A DNA stretch of 64,000 bases from Betaproteobacteria bacterium Ga0077532. GTDB lineage: Bacteria > Pseudomonadota > Gammaproteobacteria > Burkholderiales > Ga0077523. Both the position numbers and the translations under genes were made by a program. Positions 51,531 to 59,250 of this stretch are shown here, one piece after another. The stretch lies in NCBI GenBank assembly GCA_001464895.1, contig LNEE01000037.1:59653-123652 (forward strand). The letters are read 5' to 3'. The notes beneath the pieces were generated by a model. That model was given only the letters and a program-made list of their open reading frames with translations. It had not been told where the DNA came from and made no database searches. Numbering within the stretch: the first letter of the stretch is position 1; each line of letters begins with the position of its first letter.

Positions 51531-51945
51531 GCCAGTCTCCGGCGCCGGCAGCCGGGGATGTCGGCAACGGGCGCATCGCGCGATCGACCTGCCCGGCGAC
51601 GAAGGGGAGCATGCACGACGCGTCACCGCGAAGGCAGCCATCCTGGTCTGGGTGGCACGACCTATTTTTTGTGTGTTCGAACACGTCGCGAAGACCGGTT
51701 TCCGGTTCGACGCGCGTGCGCCCCATTTTTTCTCAGTGGTCTGCGGGGGGCCCGGATGGTCCGGGCGGGAAGGAATCGGTCTCCCCCTCAGTCTTGTGGT
51801 TGGAAAATACTCCTGAAAGAGAAGAATTGTCCATTCCGGATCGTGTCGATTCTCGCGGCCCGCCCCCCGGGGAGCGCCGCATCGTTCAGAATCGGGGCTG
51901 GCAGATTTTTCGACACGGCGTCCCAACGCCGCCCACGCGATCTAC

Positions 51946-53046
51946 ATGTTCAATTCAGAACCCGAGTACCACCACGGAACGCCCGGTCGAACCGGCGTCC
52001 TGCTCCTCAACCTCGGCACCCCGTCGGCGGCCACGCCAGACGCGCTGCGGCGCTACCTCCGCCAGTTCCTCTGGGATCCACGGGTGGTGGAGATCCCGAG
52101 GTTCGTGTGGTGGATGATCCTGCATGGCGTCATCCTGCGGACCCGCCCGAAGCAGTCGGCCGCCAAGTACGCCACCGTCTGGACCAAGGAAGGCTCGCCG
52201 CTCGCCGTGCACACCGAGGCGCAGGCGAAGCTCGTCCGGGGTTACCTGGGCCGGGTGATCCGGTCACCGCTCTCCGTGGCCTACGCGATGCGCTACGGCG
52301 ATCCGTCGATCCCGTCGGTGCTGGAGAAGCTGAAGGCGGAGGGCTGCGACCGCATCCTGGTGATGCCTCTGTATCCGCAGTACGCGGCGAGTACCACGGC
52401 CAGCGCCTACGACGCAGTGTTCGACGCCCTGAAGGTGACCCGGCACATGCCGGCCCTGCGGCTGGTGAAGCATTTCCACGATCACCCCAAGTACATCGAG
52501 GCGCTGGCGAACTCGGTCCGGGATCACTGGGCGGTGAACCGCCGGGCCGGCAAGCTGGTGATGAGCTTCCACGGCGTGCCGCGCTTCCACCTCGACCGCG
52601 GCGACCCCTATCACTGCGAATGCCGCAAGACCGGCCGGCTGCTGGCGGAGGCGCTGGACCTGAAGCCGGACGAATGGATCCTCACGTTCCAGTCCCGCTT
52701 CGGCAAGGCCGAGTGGCTGCAGCCGTACACCCAGGCCACGCTCGAATCCCTCGGTCGCGAGGGCACCGCCCGGGTCGACGTCATCTGCCCCGGGTTCGTG
52801 TCGGACTGCCTCGAAACCCTCGAGGAGATCGCGATGGAGAATCGCGATGCCTTCCTCGGGTCTGGCGGCAAGGAGTTCCACTACATCCCCTGCCTCAACG
52901 AGCGCGACGACTGGATCCGCGGCCTTTGCCACATGATCGGCGAGAACCTTCAGGGTTGGGCGTCGAGCCAGTGGGACGAGGCCGCCGAGACGGCCAGGGG
53001 CGCTGCGAGCCTGGAGCGGGCCAAGGCGATGGGCGCGACGAGGTGA
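51946..53046 (+). CDS. hemH: Ferrochelatase
   Basis: 366 aa with [48 protein letters not shown] and the end of a HemH C-terminal domain. Confidence 0.95.
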   Translation: MFNSEPEYHHGTPGRTGVLLLNLGTPSAATPDALRRYLRQFLWDPRVVEIPRFVWWMILHGVILRTRPKQSAAKYATVWTKEGSPLAVHTEAQAKLVRGYLGRVIRSPLSVAYAMRYGDPSIPSVLEKLKAEGCDRILVMPLYPQYAASTTASAYDAVFDALKVTRHMPALRLVKHFHDHPKYIEALANSVRDHWAVNRRAGKLVMSFHGVPRFHLDRGDPYHCECRKTGRLLAEALDLKPDEWILTFQSRFGKAEWLQPYTQATLESLGREGTARVDVICPGFVSDCLETLEEIAMENRDAFLGSGGKEFHYIPCLNERDDWIRGLCHMIGENLQGWASSQWDEAAETARGAASLERAKAMGATR

Positions 53047-53208
53047 CCGTTCGGTTGCCCCGACGCCCGGGGTGGCCGCCGCCATGCTCAAGGGATGCCG
53101 TGGGCGGACGTTAAGAATCGGGCCCGCACCGGTTACACGGTGCCCAAGGCATAGGTATCGTCCCTCGCAAACACGAACCCGGCCCCGAGCCGCCACGATC
53201 GCCCTCCG

Positions 53209-53931
53209 ATGAACGACATCCCGCCAGACCTGACACAGGCAGATCCCGGAGCAGGCTTCCGATTCGCGGACATGCGTCTGGCCGTCGGAACCCGCCTGCA
53301 GATCGAACTGGTCGAGGGCGGCGAAACCAAGCACTACTACTCGTCCCTGCTCGGCTATGCCCGGGGCGAGTACCTGATCGTGAAGATGCCGTTCCACGCC
53401 GGCCTGTCGGTCCCGCTCCAGGAAGACGACCAGCTCGGCATCCGTCTGCTCTCGGGCGTGCATGCCTTCGCGTTCTCGAGCAGGGTCCAGCGAGTGTTCC
53501 TCGCCCCGCTCTACTACATGCACCTCTCGTTCCCCGAGAACATCGCCGGCACGGTGGTCCGCGAGGCGCCGCGCGTCGACATCGTCATCGACACCCTCAT
53601 CACGACGGCTCGCACGCGCCCCGACCGGCCCCTCGAAGCCCGGATCCTCAACCTGAGCAGCAGCGGCGCCCTGATCGAATCCGCCTCCGCCGTGGGTCTG
53701 AAGGGCGAGAAGATCAACATGGTGTTCTCGTTCCCGGAGCACACCGCTGGCCCGGACGTCACGATCCGCACCGACGCCATCCTGCAGAACCTCCGCCACT
53801 CGCGCGCCAGCGAGGCGGGCGCGGAGCGCCTCTTCTCCTGCGGCGTCCGGTTCAACGAACTCGGCGAGCGCGAGAAGCGCCTGATCGAGAACCTCGTCTT
53901 CCGGACGGCGATGGAGGTCGGGGTCACCTGA
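53209..53931 (+). CDS. YcgR-like PilZ-domain protein (putative c-di-GMP receptor)
   Basis: 240 aa. The N-terminal PilZN-like half is followed by the PilZ signatures RxxxR (VREAPRV) and (D/N)xSxxG (LNLSSSGALI). Confidence 0.7.
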   Translation: MNDIPPDLTQADPGAGFRFADMRLAVGTRLQIELVEGGETKHYYSSLLGYARGEYLIVKMPFHAGLSVPLQEDDQLGIRLLSGVHAFAFSSRVQRVFLAPLYYMHLSFPENIAGTVVREAPRVDIVIDTLITTARTRPDRPLEARILNLSSSGALIESASAVGLKGEKINMVFSFPEHTAGPDVTIRTDAILQNLRHSRASEAGAERLFSCGVRFNELGEREKRLIENLVFRTAMEVGVT

Positions 53932-53954
53932 CCGGCACGCCGGGTCGTGCGACC

Positions 53955-54422
53955 TCAGACGGTCGCCGCCTCCTGCCGCACTGCGGCGCCCGGCCCAGGG
54001 TCGGGATCCGCCAGCCCTGATCCATCGGCGTCCGCCGCACAGCAACGCTGCACCCCGTGCGCCACCAGGTCGATGAGGCTCTTCGCCACCTGCCGTCCCG
54101 GTTCGGTGAGCCGCACCAGCTTGCGACGCCGCCATTGCGGGTCCTCGCGGGCCTCCAGCCAGCCGTATCCCGGCGCCCGGAAGCTACCGGCACCCAGCTT
54201 CACCACGGCCCGCGTGATGCTGCTGCCCGAACGCCCCGTCGCCCGCGCGAGATCCTGCATGGGCATCTCCCCACCGCGTGCGACGAGCGCAGCGAACACA
54301 CCCAGGAAGTGGATCGGACAGTCGGAATAGTCGGTGAGGTTCGACCATCCGTTCGCGATGTCGAGCACCAGCTCGGCGCTCGCGGCGCGCAGCGGCCCGT
54401 TCGATTCGATGTGCGTTTCCAT
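53955..54422 (-). CDS. MarR-like winged-helix transcriptional regulator
   Basis: Start chosen at METHIES. wHTH pattern: MPMQDLARATGRSGSSITRAVVKL...GWLEAREDPQWRRRKLVRLTEPGRQV. Confidence 0.55.
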   Translation of the reverse strand: METHIESNGPLRAASAELVLDIANGWSNLTDYSDCPIHFLGVFAALVARGGEMPMQDLARATGRSGSSITRAVVKLGAGSFRAPGYGWLEAREDPQWRRRKLVRLTEPGRQVAKSLIDLVAHGVQRCCAADADGSGLADPDPGPGAAVRQEAATV

Positions 54423-54671
54423 GCGTCGTTTCCCCTTGGCGCCGCGGCCGGTGAAGATGCCGGCGGGCGCATCGCGGCGGCACACCTGCCACGGCCCACC
54501 ACCGGGGCCGCAGCGACGCGCATCGCCGATCTCTTGACGGCAACCGAGGCTTCGGTCGCCTGGGGAACATCTTCTTCGTCGCGGCTTTGCAAGCCACGTG
54601 AATAGTGCACAGGTGGGGCGGGCATATTCCCCTTGACGACTCAGCCGGGGAACGGGCTCCGGGCCTGCCCG

Positions 54672-55853
54672 TCAGACGACGCGCGCCTCTCGCAGCCTGG
54701 CGATGTCGTCGTCGCCCAACCCGATCTCCCGGAGCACCTCGTCGGTGTGCTCGCCGGAAGCCGGCGCAGGGCGCGTGACTTCGAAGGTGAAGTCCGACAG
54801 CTTGAGCGGCGGCGCGATCTGGAGGACGTCCCCCTCGGTGGGATGGGGCGACCGCACGACCATGCCGCGCGCGGCGTGCTGCGGATCGTCGAGCGCCTCC
54901 TCGAAAGGCTTGACCGGTGTCACGCAGCAGTCGTGGCCGGCGAACGCCTCGACCCATTGCCCCTGGGTGCGCGTGGCGAAGATGGCCTGCAGCGCCGCGA
55001 TCGCCGGGGCCGGATCACCGCCTGCCGCCCAGTGGTGCGGCTTCAGATCGGGTCGTCCGACGACGTCGCAGACCTCGTTCCAGAACTTCGTCTCGAGCGC
55101 CCCGACGGCCATGTGGCGCCCGTCGGCGGTGCGGTACACGCGATAGCACGCTTCCCGCCCCGAGAGCAGATCGCCGCCGGCGCCGTTGGCCCGGCCGCGC
55201 AGGGCCACGGCCGACAGCGCCTGGACGTTGTGGGCGAAGACGCCCTCGCTCATCGCGACATCCACGTAGCGCCCCTGCCCGGACCGCTGGGCGTCGTAAA
55301 GGGCCGCGAGGATCCCCATGGCGGGCACGAGGGCGCCGCCCAGGATGTCGGCGATCTGGAAATTGGGAACCACCGGATCGCGCCCCGCCTCCCCCACCTG
55401 GTCGGTGAGACCGGCGAGGCTGCAGTAGTTGAGGTCGTGTCCGGCGAGATCCCGATACGGGCCGGTCTGGCCGTAGCCCGAGATCGCGCAGTAGACGATC
55501 GCCGGGTTCACCGCCTTGACGGCCTCGTAGCCGACGCCGAGACGGTCGACCACCCCGGGCCGGAAGCCCTCCACGACCACGTGCGCGGTTCGCGCGAGTT
55601 CGAGGAACACGCGGACGCCCTCGGCCTGCTTCAGATCGAGCAGCATCCCGCGCTTGTTGCGATTGATCGCCAGGAAGACCGGCGCCGTGCGCCCGGGCGG
55701 CGCACCGAGCGAGCGGGCGTAGTCGCCGGCGCCCGTGTCCTCGATCTTGATGACGTCGGCGCCGAGGTCAGCCAGGTGGAGCGTGAGGACGGGGCCGGGG
55801 AGCAGTCGCGTGAGGTCGAGGACGCGCACGCCTTGCAGGGGTTTCGCAGCCAT
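54672..55853 (-). CDS. Family III CoA-transferase (CaiB/BaiF type)
   Basis: Starts MAAKPLQGVRVLDLTRLLPGPVLTLHLADLGADVIKIE, with AISGYGQTGPY. The start is the internal ATG, which overlaps the stop of the upstream gene. Confidence 0.85.
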   Translation of the reverse strand: MAAKPLQGVRVLDLTRLLPGPVLTLHLADLGADVIKIEDTGAGDYARSLGAPPGRTAPVFLAINRNKRGMLLDLKQAEGVRVFLELARTAHVVVEGFRPGVVDRLGVGYEAVKAVNPAIVYCAISGYGQTGPYRDLAGHDLNYCSLAGLTDQVGEAGRDPVVPNFQIADILGGALVPAMGILAALYDAQRSGQGRYVDVAMSEGVFAHNVQALSAVALRGRANGAGGDLLSGREACYRVYRTADGRHMAVGALETKFWNEVCDVVGRPDLKPHHWAAGGDPAPAIAALQAIFATRTQGQWVEAFAGHDCCVTPVKPFEEALDDPQHAARGMVVRSPHPTEGDVLQIAPPLKLSDFTFEVTRPAPASGEHTDEVLREIGLGDDDIARLREARVV

Positions 55854-56419
55854 CAGACGGCCTCCGGTTCGCCGGTGTGCCACGCGGGCCAGCGCTTCTT
55901 CACGAGCGCGCCGTCGGACGCGTACATGTGGCAGGAATCGATGAGCCCCGGCCGCTTGCCATCGCTGCCGGCGGGCTTCGTCTTCTCGCGCGCGCCGTAG
56001 AGCGTCTGGAAGGCCGTCGTGGCGACGGGACCCAGCAGTTCGACGAGATGGGTGCAGCCGCGGGTACCGCCCAGGAGTTCACGGGTCCGCTGCGTGAATC
56101 CGGATCGGATCTGCAGACCCTTCAGTGCCTGGAAGTTGGGGGTGATGCCCGCGCACCCGTGGTACGGCCCCCAGTCGGTGACCACCTCGACGGCGTGGAT
56201 CACGAAGTCGATGTCGATCGTGAGCCGGATCCACATCTCGTGCAGGGGCTCGCCGGCGCGGAGCACGTTGTCCTCGCGGTCCATCTGGTGGATGTCGAAT
56301 GTCTTGGTGTCGACGAGATGGCCTTCGATGTCCCAGAGGCCGTCGTCCCGGCGGTAGCCGCAGCACGTGACGGCTCGGGTGTGGTGGAGGGCGCGGGGGG
56401 CGGGGCTGGAGAGCGGCAT
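55853..56419 (-). CDS. DUF2889-family protein
   Basis: Start chosen at MPLSSPAP. Contains the conserved GTRGCTHLVELLGPVATTAFQ block typical of DUF2889 (from memory). Translationally coupled to the CoA-transferase gene. Confidence 0.6.
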   Translation of the reverse strand: MPLSSPAPRALHHTRAVTCCGYRRDDGLWDIEGHLVDTKTFDIHQMDREDNVLRAGEPLHEMWIRLTIDIDFVIHAVEVVTDWGPYHGCAGITPNFQALKGLQIRSGFTQRTRELLGGTRGCTHLVELLGPVATTAFQTLYGAREKTKPAGSDGKRPGLIDSCHMYASDGALVKKRWPAWHTGEPEAV

Positions 56420-56513
56420 GGGCGGACGACAGGTTGCGGTTGGCAGAGATGCCCGGGCGGCAGGCGCCGGGAGTCGCATCGGATGGCGGTCGAGGACCGC
56501 CGCGGGGCGATGG

Positions 56514-56723
56514 TCAGCGGATCGCGGCCACGCGCTTCACACCGGTCCGGCGTTCGTGCACGCGGTCGAGCACCTCCCGCTTCTCGGCGTTGGTGCTGTT
56601 GGACCAGCCTGCGATCTCGTCGAGGGTACGGAGGCAGCCGCGGCAGATCCCGCTGACGGGGTCGATCCGGCAGACCTGGATGCATGGGCTGGCGGGAGGC
56701 TGGTCGTGGAGGGGGTGAGGCAT
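56514..56723 (-). CDS. DUF1289-family small Cys-rich protein
   Basis: SPCIQVCRIDPVSGICRGCLRTLDEIAGWSN matches the C..hC..D.....C.GC.RT..EI..W pattern of DUF1289. Start chosen at MPHPLHD. Confidence 0.65.
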   Translation of the reverse strand: MPHPLHDQPPASPCIQVCRIDPVSGICRGCLRTLDEIAGWSNSTNAEKREVLDRVHERRTGVKRVAAIR

Positions 56724-56796
56724 CGCGGCGCTTCGTGTTTGCAGAACACGGCGAGGATACACAGCGGACGCCCTTCCCGTCTCGCCGAAGGCGGGG

Positions 56797-57936
56797 TCAC
56801 GGCTCGCCAGGCGATGTCCCCGTGCTCATGGCACCACTTGCCGGCACGACAGACGGCACGACAACCAGCGGCGTGCAGATCCGGACGGGGCGATCGGCGG
56901 AGGCGTCGGAGGCGACACTCCCGACGTCGTCGAGCGGACTGGTGCGCAGGCTTTCCAGGACGAGGCCACCGCCGGTCACCGGCCGCCCGACGCCGATGAC
57001 CCTCCGCCCCACCCAGACAGCCGGGGCAACATCGGCCGGGAGCCTCACGGCCAGTCCGCCGATGGCGTGCCCCCCGGGGCCCACGCAGTGGTCGAGATAC
57101 CCCTCGACGCTCACGAGCGCTGGCGCCACATCGGAGGTGTACAGCTGGTCCGCGATGATCTCGTCCGCCTCCAGGATGTCGCCGGACCACGTTCCGCGCA
57201 CGGACACCTCGGTGCCCACCTCGAGGTCAGGCGGGAGATCTCCGACAGCGAGTCGCACTGCGACGCCCTCCACCTCCAGCAGCCGACCATCCAGTTCGGT
57301 GAGCATCCCGGACACGAAGGCCGGCGTTGCCGGCCCGGCGCGCTGGACGCGGGTGGTGACGAGATGCCCGTTGGCGAGCGGAATTCCGCTCGCTGCGATC
57401 CGTGTCCCGATCTCAGGCACCGCGGGACCCGCATTGCCGAACATCGTATGGGGCCCCAGAAAGACCCGCCGCCCCATCACGGAGAACCACCGCCCCGCTT
57501 CGTCGCGCTGGGTCACGGGGCCAACAACCGCGTCGACGACCTCGATGCGACCGGCGACCAATTCACCGTTGTCGCGCCGCACGTGGAGCCGCACCACCTG
57601 TCCGAGTTGCAGGGACCGCGGCGTATCGGCGACACCATCGAGCGCCGTCGAAGTGTCGGACTGATAGCGGATGTGCTCCCCGTTCACGCAGACGCTGCCG
57701 AATCGCGTGATCGTGCCGACCACCGCAGCCTCGTCGCCTGGCCTGAGCGCGGCCGTCAGTCCGGTGCCCCCCATGCCGCCGACGGGATCGGGGCCGGGCG
57801 GACCACCCGGCGTCTTCGCATCCGCCACGGCACCGTTGGCGGCGCCGATGCCCCCCTTTGCACAGAAGTCGGCAGCGCCGACGCCCGAGGTTTTCAGAAC
57901 GAGCGCGAGGAACACCACCTGCAGGAATCTACGCAT
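56797..57936 (-). CDS. Secreted protein with about four beta-barrel-like repeats (DUF5666-like)
   Basis: Signal peptide MRRFLQVVFLALVLKTSGVGAA. Repeats of about 60-70 aa such as VVGTITRFGSVCVNGEHIRY...GQVVRLHVRRDNGELVAGRIEV. The start overlaps the upstream gene stop by 8 nt. Confidence 0.55.
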   Translation of the reverse strand: MRRFLQVVFLALVLKTSGVGAADFCAKGGIGAANGAVADAKTPGGPPGPDPVGGMGGTGLTAALRPGDEAAVVGTITRFGSVCVNGEHIRYQSDTSTALDGVADTPRSLQLGQVVRLHVRRDNGELVAGRIEVVDAVVGPVTQRDEAGRWFSVMGRRVFLGPHTMFGNAGPAVPEIGTRIAASGIPLANGHLVTTRVQRAGPATPAFVSGMLTELDGRLLEVEGVAVRLAVGDLPPDLEVGTEVSVRGTWSGDILEADEIIADQLYTSDVAPALVSVEGYLDHCVGPGGHAIGGLAVRLPADVAPAVWVGRRVIGVGRPVTGGGLVLESLRTSPLDDVGSVASDASADRPVRICTPLVVVPSVVPASGAMSTGTSPGEP

Positions 57937-58816
57937 CGGGGGCCTCCGGCGCGTCAGGAGCGGCAGGAGGCAGCGCATCCGCAGGGGCCATGTAGAAGTA
58001 CATCCCGAAGTTCATCTGCCACTGCGGTTCGCCCGGCTGCGCCGTGGCACCCCCGGCCTGGACGCGTTCGTTCACCGAGCGCAATGCTTTCATGCCGTTC
58101 TTCTCCGCGACCGCCAGGAGGCTCTCGCAGGCCTCCTTCGACAAGTTCTCGTAGTGGACGCACCGCTCCGGCAATGGCCGTCCGGCACCTTCGAGATTGT
58201 GGGTGATCGCCGCCAGATGATCGTGGACGTTGCGCCCGAGGTAGTACGCGCGCTCCTCGATACCCGCCGAGGGGACGAAGGCCGAGTGCACCAGATGCAC
58301 GCGCCCTTGTTCGTCGATGTTCGCGACACCCAGGCGGAGGAACTCGTCCAGCACCACACGCGCCCGGATGTCCTTGCTGAGGGAAGCCACCAGGCCATCG
58401 AACGAAGGCTCACCGGGGGACGCCGGTTGGCGCGGCAGCGGACGCGGTGCGCCGTTCTCGTCGAGGTAGTCGGGGAGGCTGTTCCACAGTGCTGCGATGC
58501 GCGCTCCCATCGACAGCCCGCGGGGCATCGAGAACGCGGCCGAGCGGATCGATGCCTCGTCGCGAAGCCGTTTCACGTACTTGCGATGGACGCCGGTGAG
58601 CATGCTCACGCGACTGTCGGTGGCAGCGCCATCGCCGTCCGCGCCCTCGGCCTCGGCCACCTCGATATACAGACCCTTCACGAGGTCCGACAGCGCGGGA
58701 AACGTGATGCCCCCACGCATCGCCAGCCGCACGAGCGGACGCAGCAGGCGTCGCATCGCAGCCATGAGGGCAGGCACGTGCTCCTGGAGATCAGCGGGAC
58801 GGGCGGTATCGGACAT
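57929..58816 (-). CDS. Hypothetical cytoplasmic protein (DUF6502-like, possible HTH)
   Basis: 295 aa with ATG at 58814-58816. The segment SRVSMLTGVHRKYVKRLRDE looks like a helix-turn-helix. The family name is from memory only. Confidence 0.5.
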   Translation of the reverse strand: MSDTARPADLQEHVPALMAAMRRLLRPLVRLAMRGGITFPALSDLVKGLYIEVAEAEGADGDGAATDSRVSMLTGVHRKYVKRLRDEASIRSAAFSMPRGLSMGARIAALWNSLPDYLDENGAPRPLPRQPASPGEPSFDGLVASLSKDIRARVVLDEFLRLGVANIDEQGRVHLVHSAFVPSAGIEERAYYLGRNVHDHLAAITHNLEGAGRPLPERCVHYENLSKEACESLLAVAEKNGMKALRSVNERVQAGGATAQPGEPQWQMNFGMYFYMAPADALPPAAPDAPEAPDA

Positions 58817-58857
58817 GACTCGGACTATAAGCGCGACCAGCCGAATCAGGGAAGGGG

Positions 58858-58914
58858 TTGACGTGTGCTTTTATCACACGTACTCTGAACTCAGCGTGTG
58901 ACATTGACACACGC
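58858..58914 (+). promoter_or_regulatory. Sigma70-like promoter (TTGACG-N17-TACTCT) overlapped by two CGTGTG-N7-CACACG palindromes
   Basis: -35 at 58858-58863 and -10 at 58881-58886. Palindrome 1 spans 58862-58880 and fills the spacer. Palindrome 2 spans 58895-58913. Their centres are 33 bp apart. Confidence 0.45.
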
Positions 58915-58972
58915 CTAAAGGCGCCGGCGCCTGCCCGAAGGCGGCCCGTGCCACACCTTAAGCACCAAGGAG

Positions 58973-59107
58973 ATGACCATGACCAAGAAGCTGATTGCCG
59001 CACTGATGGGTTCCCTGTTCGCCATTGGCGCACTGACCGGCACCGCTGCGTTCGCCGGCGACGACAAGGGCGACAAGAAGGAAACCACGACGGAAGAGAA
59101 GAAGTAA
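58973..59107 (+). CDS. 44-aa exported peptide precursor (signal peptide plus a 16-aa Lys/Glu/Asp/Thr-rich tail)
   Basis: AAGGAG lies 4 nt before the ATG. The product is MTMTKKLIAALMGSLFAIGALTGTAAFA|GDDKGDKKETTTEEKK with an AxA-type cleavage site. It is below the 60-aa cutoff of the ORF track. Confidence 0.5.
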   Translation: MTMTKKLIAALMGSLFAIGALTGTAAFAGDDKGDKKETTTEEKK

Positions 59108-59197
59108 GACCTGCGGCGGGGCCGTCGCGCCTTGGGGTGCGGCTCCCCGCTGCCGTCGGGATCGCAAGGGCCCATGGCCCTCACACCCGGCACGACC

Positions 59198-59220
59198 GCG
59201 CCGCCCCGAACGGGCGGCGC
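59198..59220. terminator. GC hairpin between the convergent small-peptide gene and the HMG-CoA lyase gene
   Basis: GCGCCGCCC-CGAAC-GGGCGGCGC: a perfect 9-bp stem with no U-tract on either strand. Confidence 0.35.
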
Positions 59221-59250
59221 CATCACGTCCGCCGTGGGGCGGACCAGACG

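Noticed and set aside
51654-51672. Sigma54-type promoter (TGGCACG...) upstream of hemH
   Set aside because: TGGCAC is present, but the -12 element (TTGC at the correct 4-5 nt spacing) is replaced by ATTTTT. The match is too weak.
51531-51926. Upstream extension of the giant ORF (132 extra codons from the first listed start)
   Set aside because: The extension translates to Arg/Pro-rich sequence with no signal or domain, it crosses the AT-rich islands and palindromes of the intergenic region, and it has no SD. The ATG at 51530 has GGAG at the correct spacing and puts the LEPR-XLL-like motif at the normal N-terminal position.
27603-51945. Classical genomic island or mobile element carrying the giant gene
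   Set aside because: I could see no integrase, transposase, flanking tRNA, inverted or direct terminal repeats, or obvious compositional break. The tRNA-Leu in the window is 22 kb away. An insertion is inferred only from the synteny I recall in relatives, not from mobility signatures.
28167-53114. Very long plus-strand ORFs (28167..33758 of 1,863 aa, 33963..45650 of 3,895 aa, 45933..53114 of 2,393 aa) opposite the giant gene
   Set aside because: All three are in the codon-aligned antisense frame of the minus-strand gene (start coordinates are congruent modulo 3 with its codons). Their products are low-complexity R/G/D/V/A/H strings with no motifs. Antisense stops need sense TTA/CTA/TCA codons, which are nearly absent in this high-GC3 gene. 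The last one even runs through hemH. These are shadow ORFs.
52264-54135. 623-aa minus-strand ORF overlapping hemH and the PilZ gene
   Set aside because: It is antisense to two well-supported plus-strand genes, has an Arg/Gly/Ala-rich product, and has no recognisable motifs.
58862-58880. CRP/FNR-type site in the first palindrome (TGTGC-TTTTA-TCACA)
   Set aside because: The half-site spacing is 5 nt rather than the 6 nt of CRP sites (TGTGA-N6-TCACA), and the half-sites differ from FNR (TTGAT-N4-ATCAA). It is better described as a distinct CGTGTG-N7-CACACG operator.
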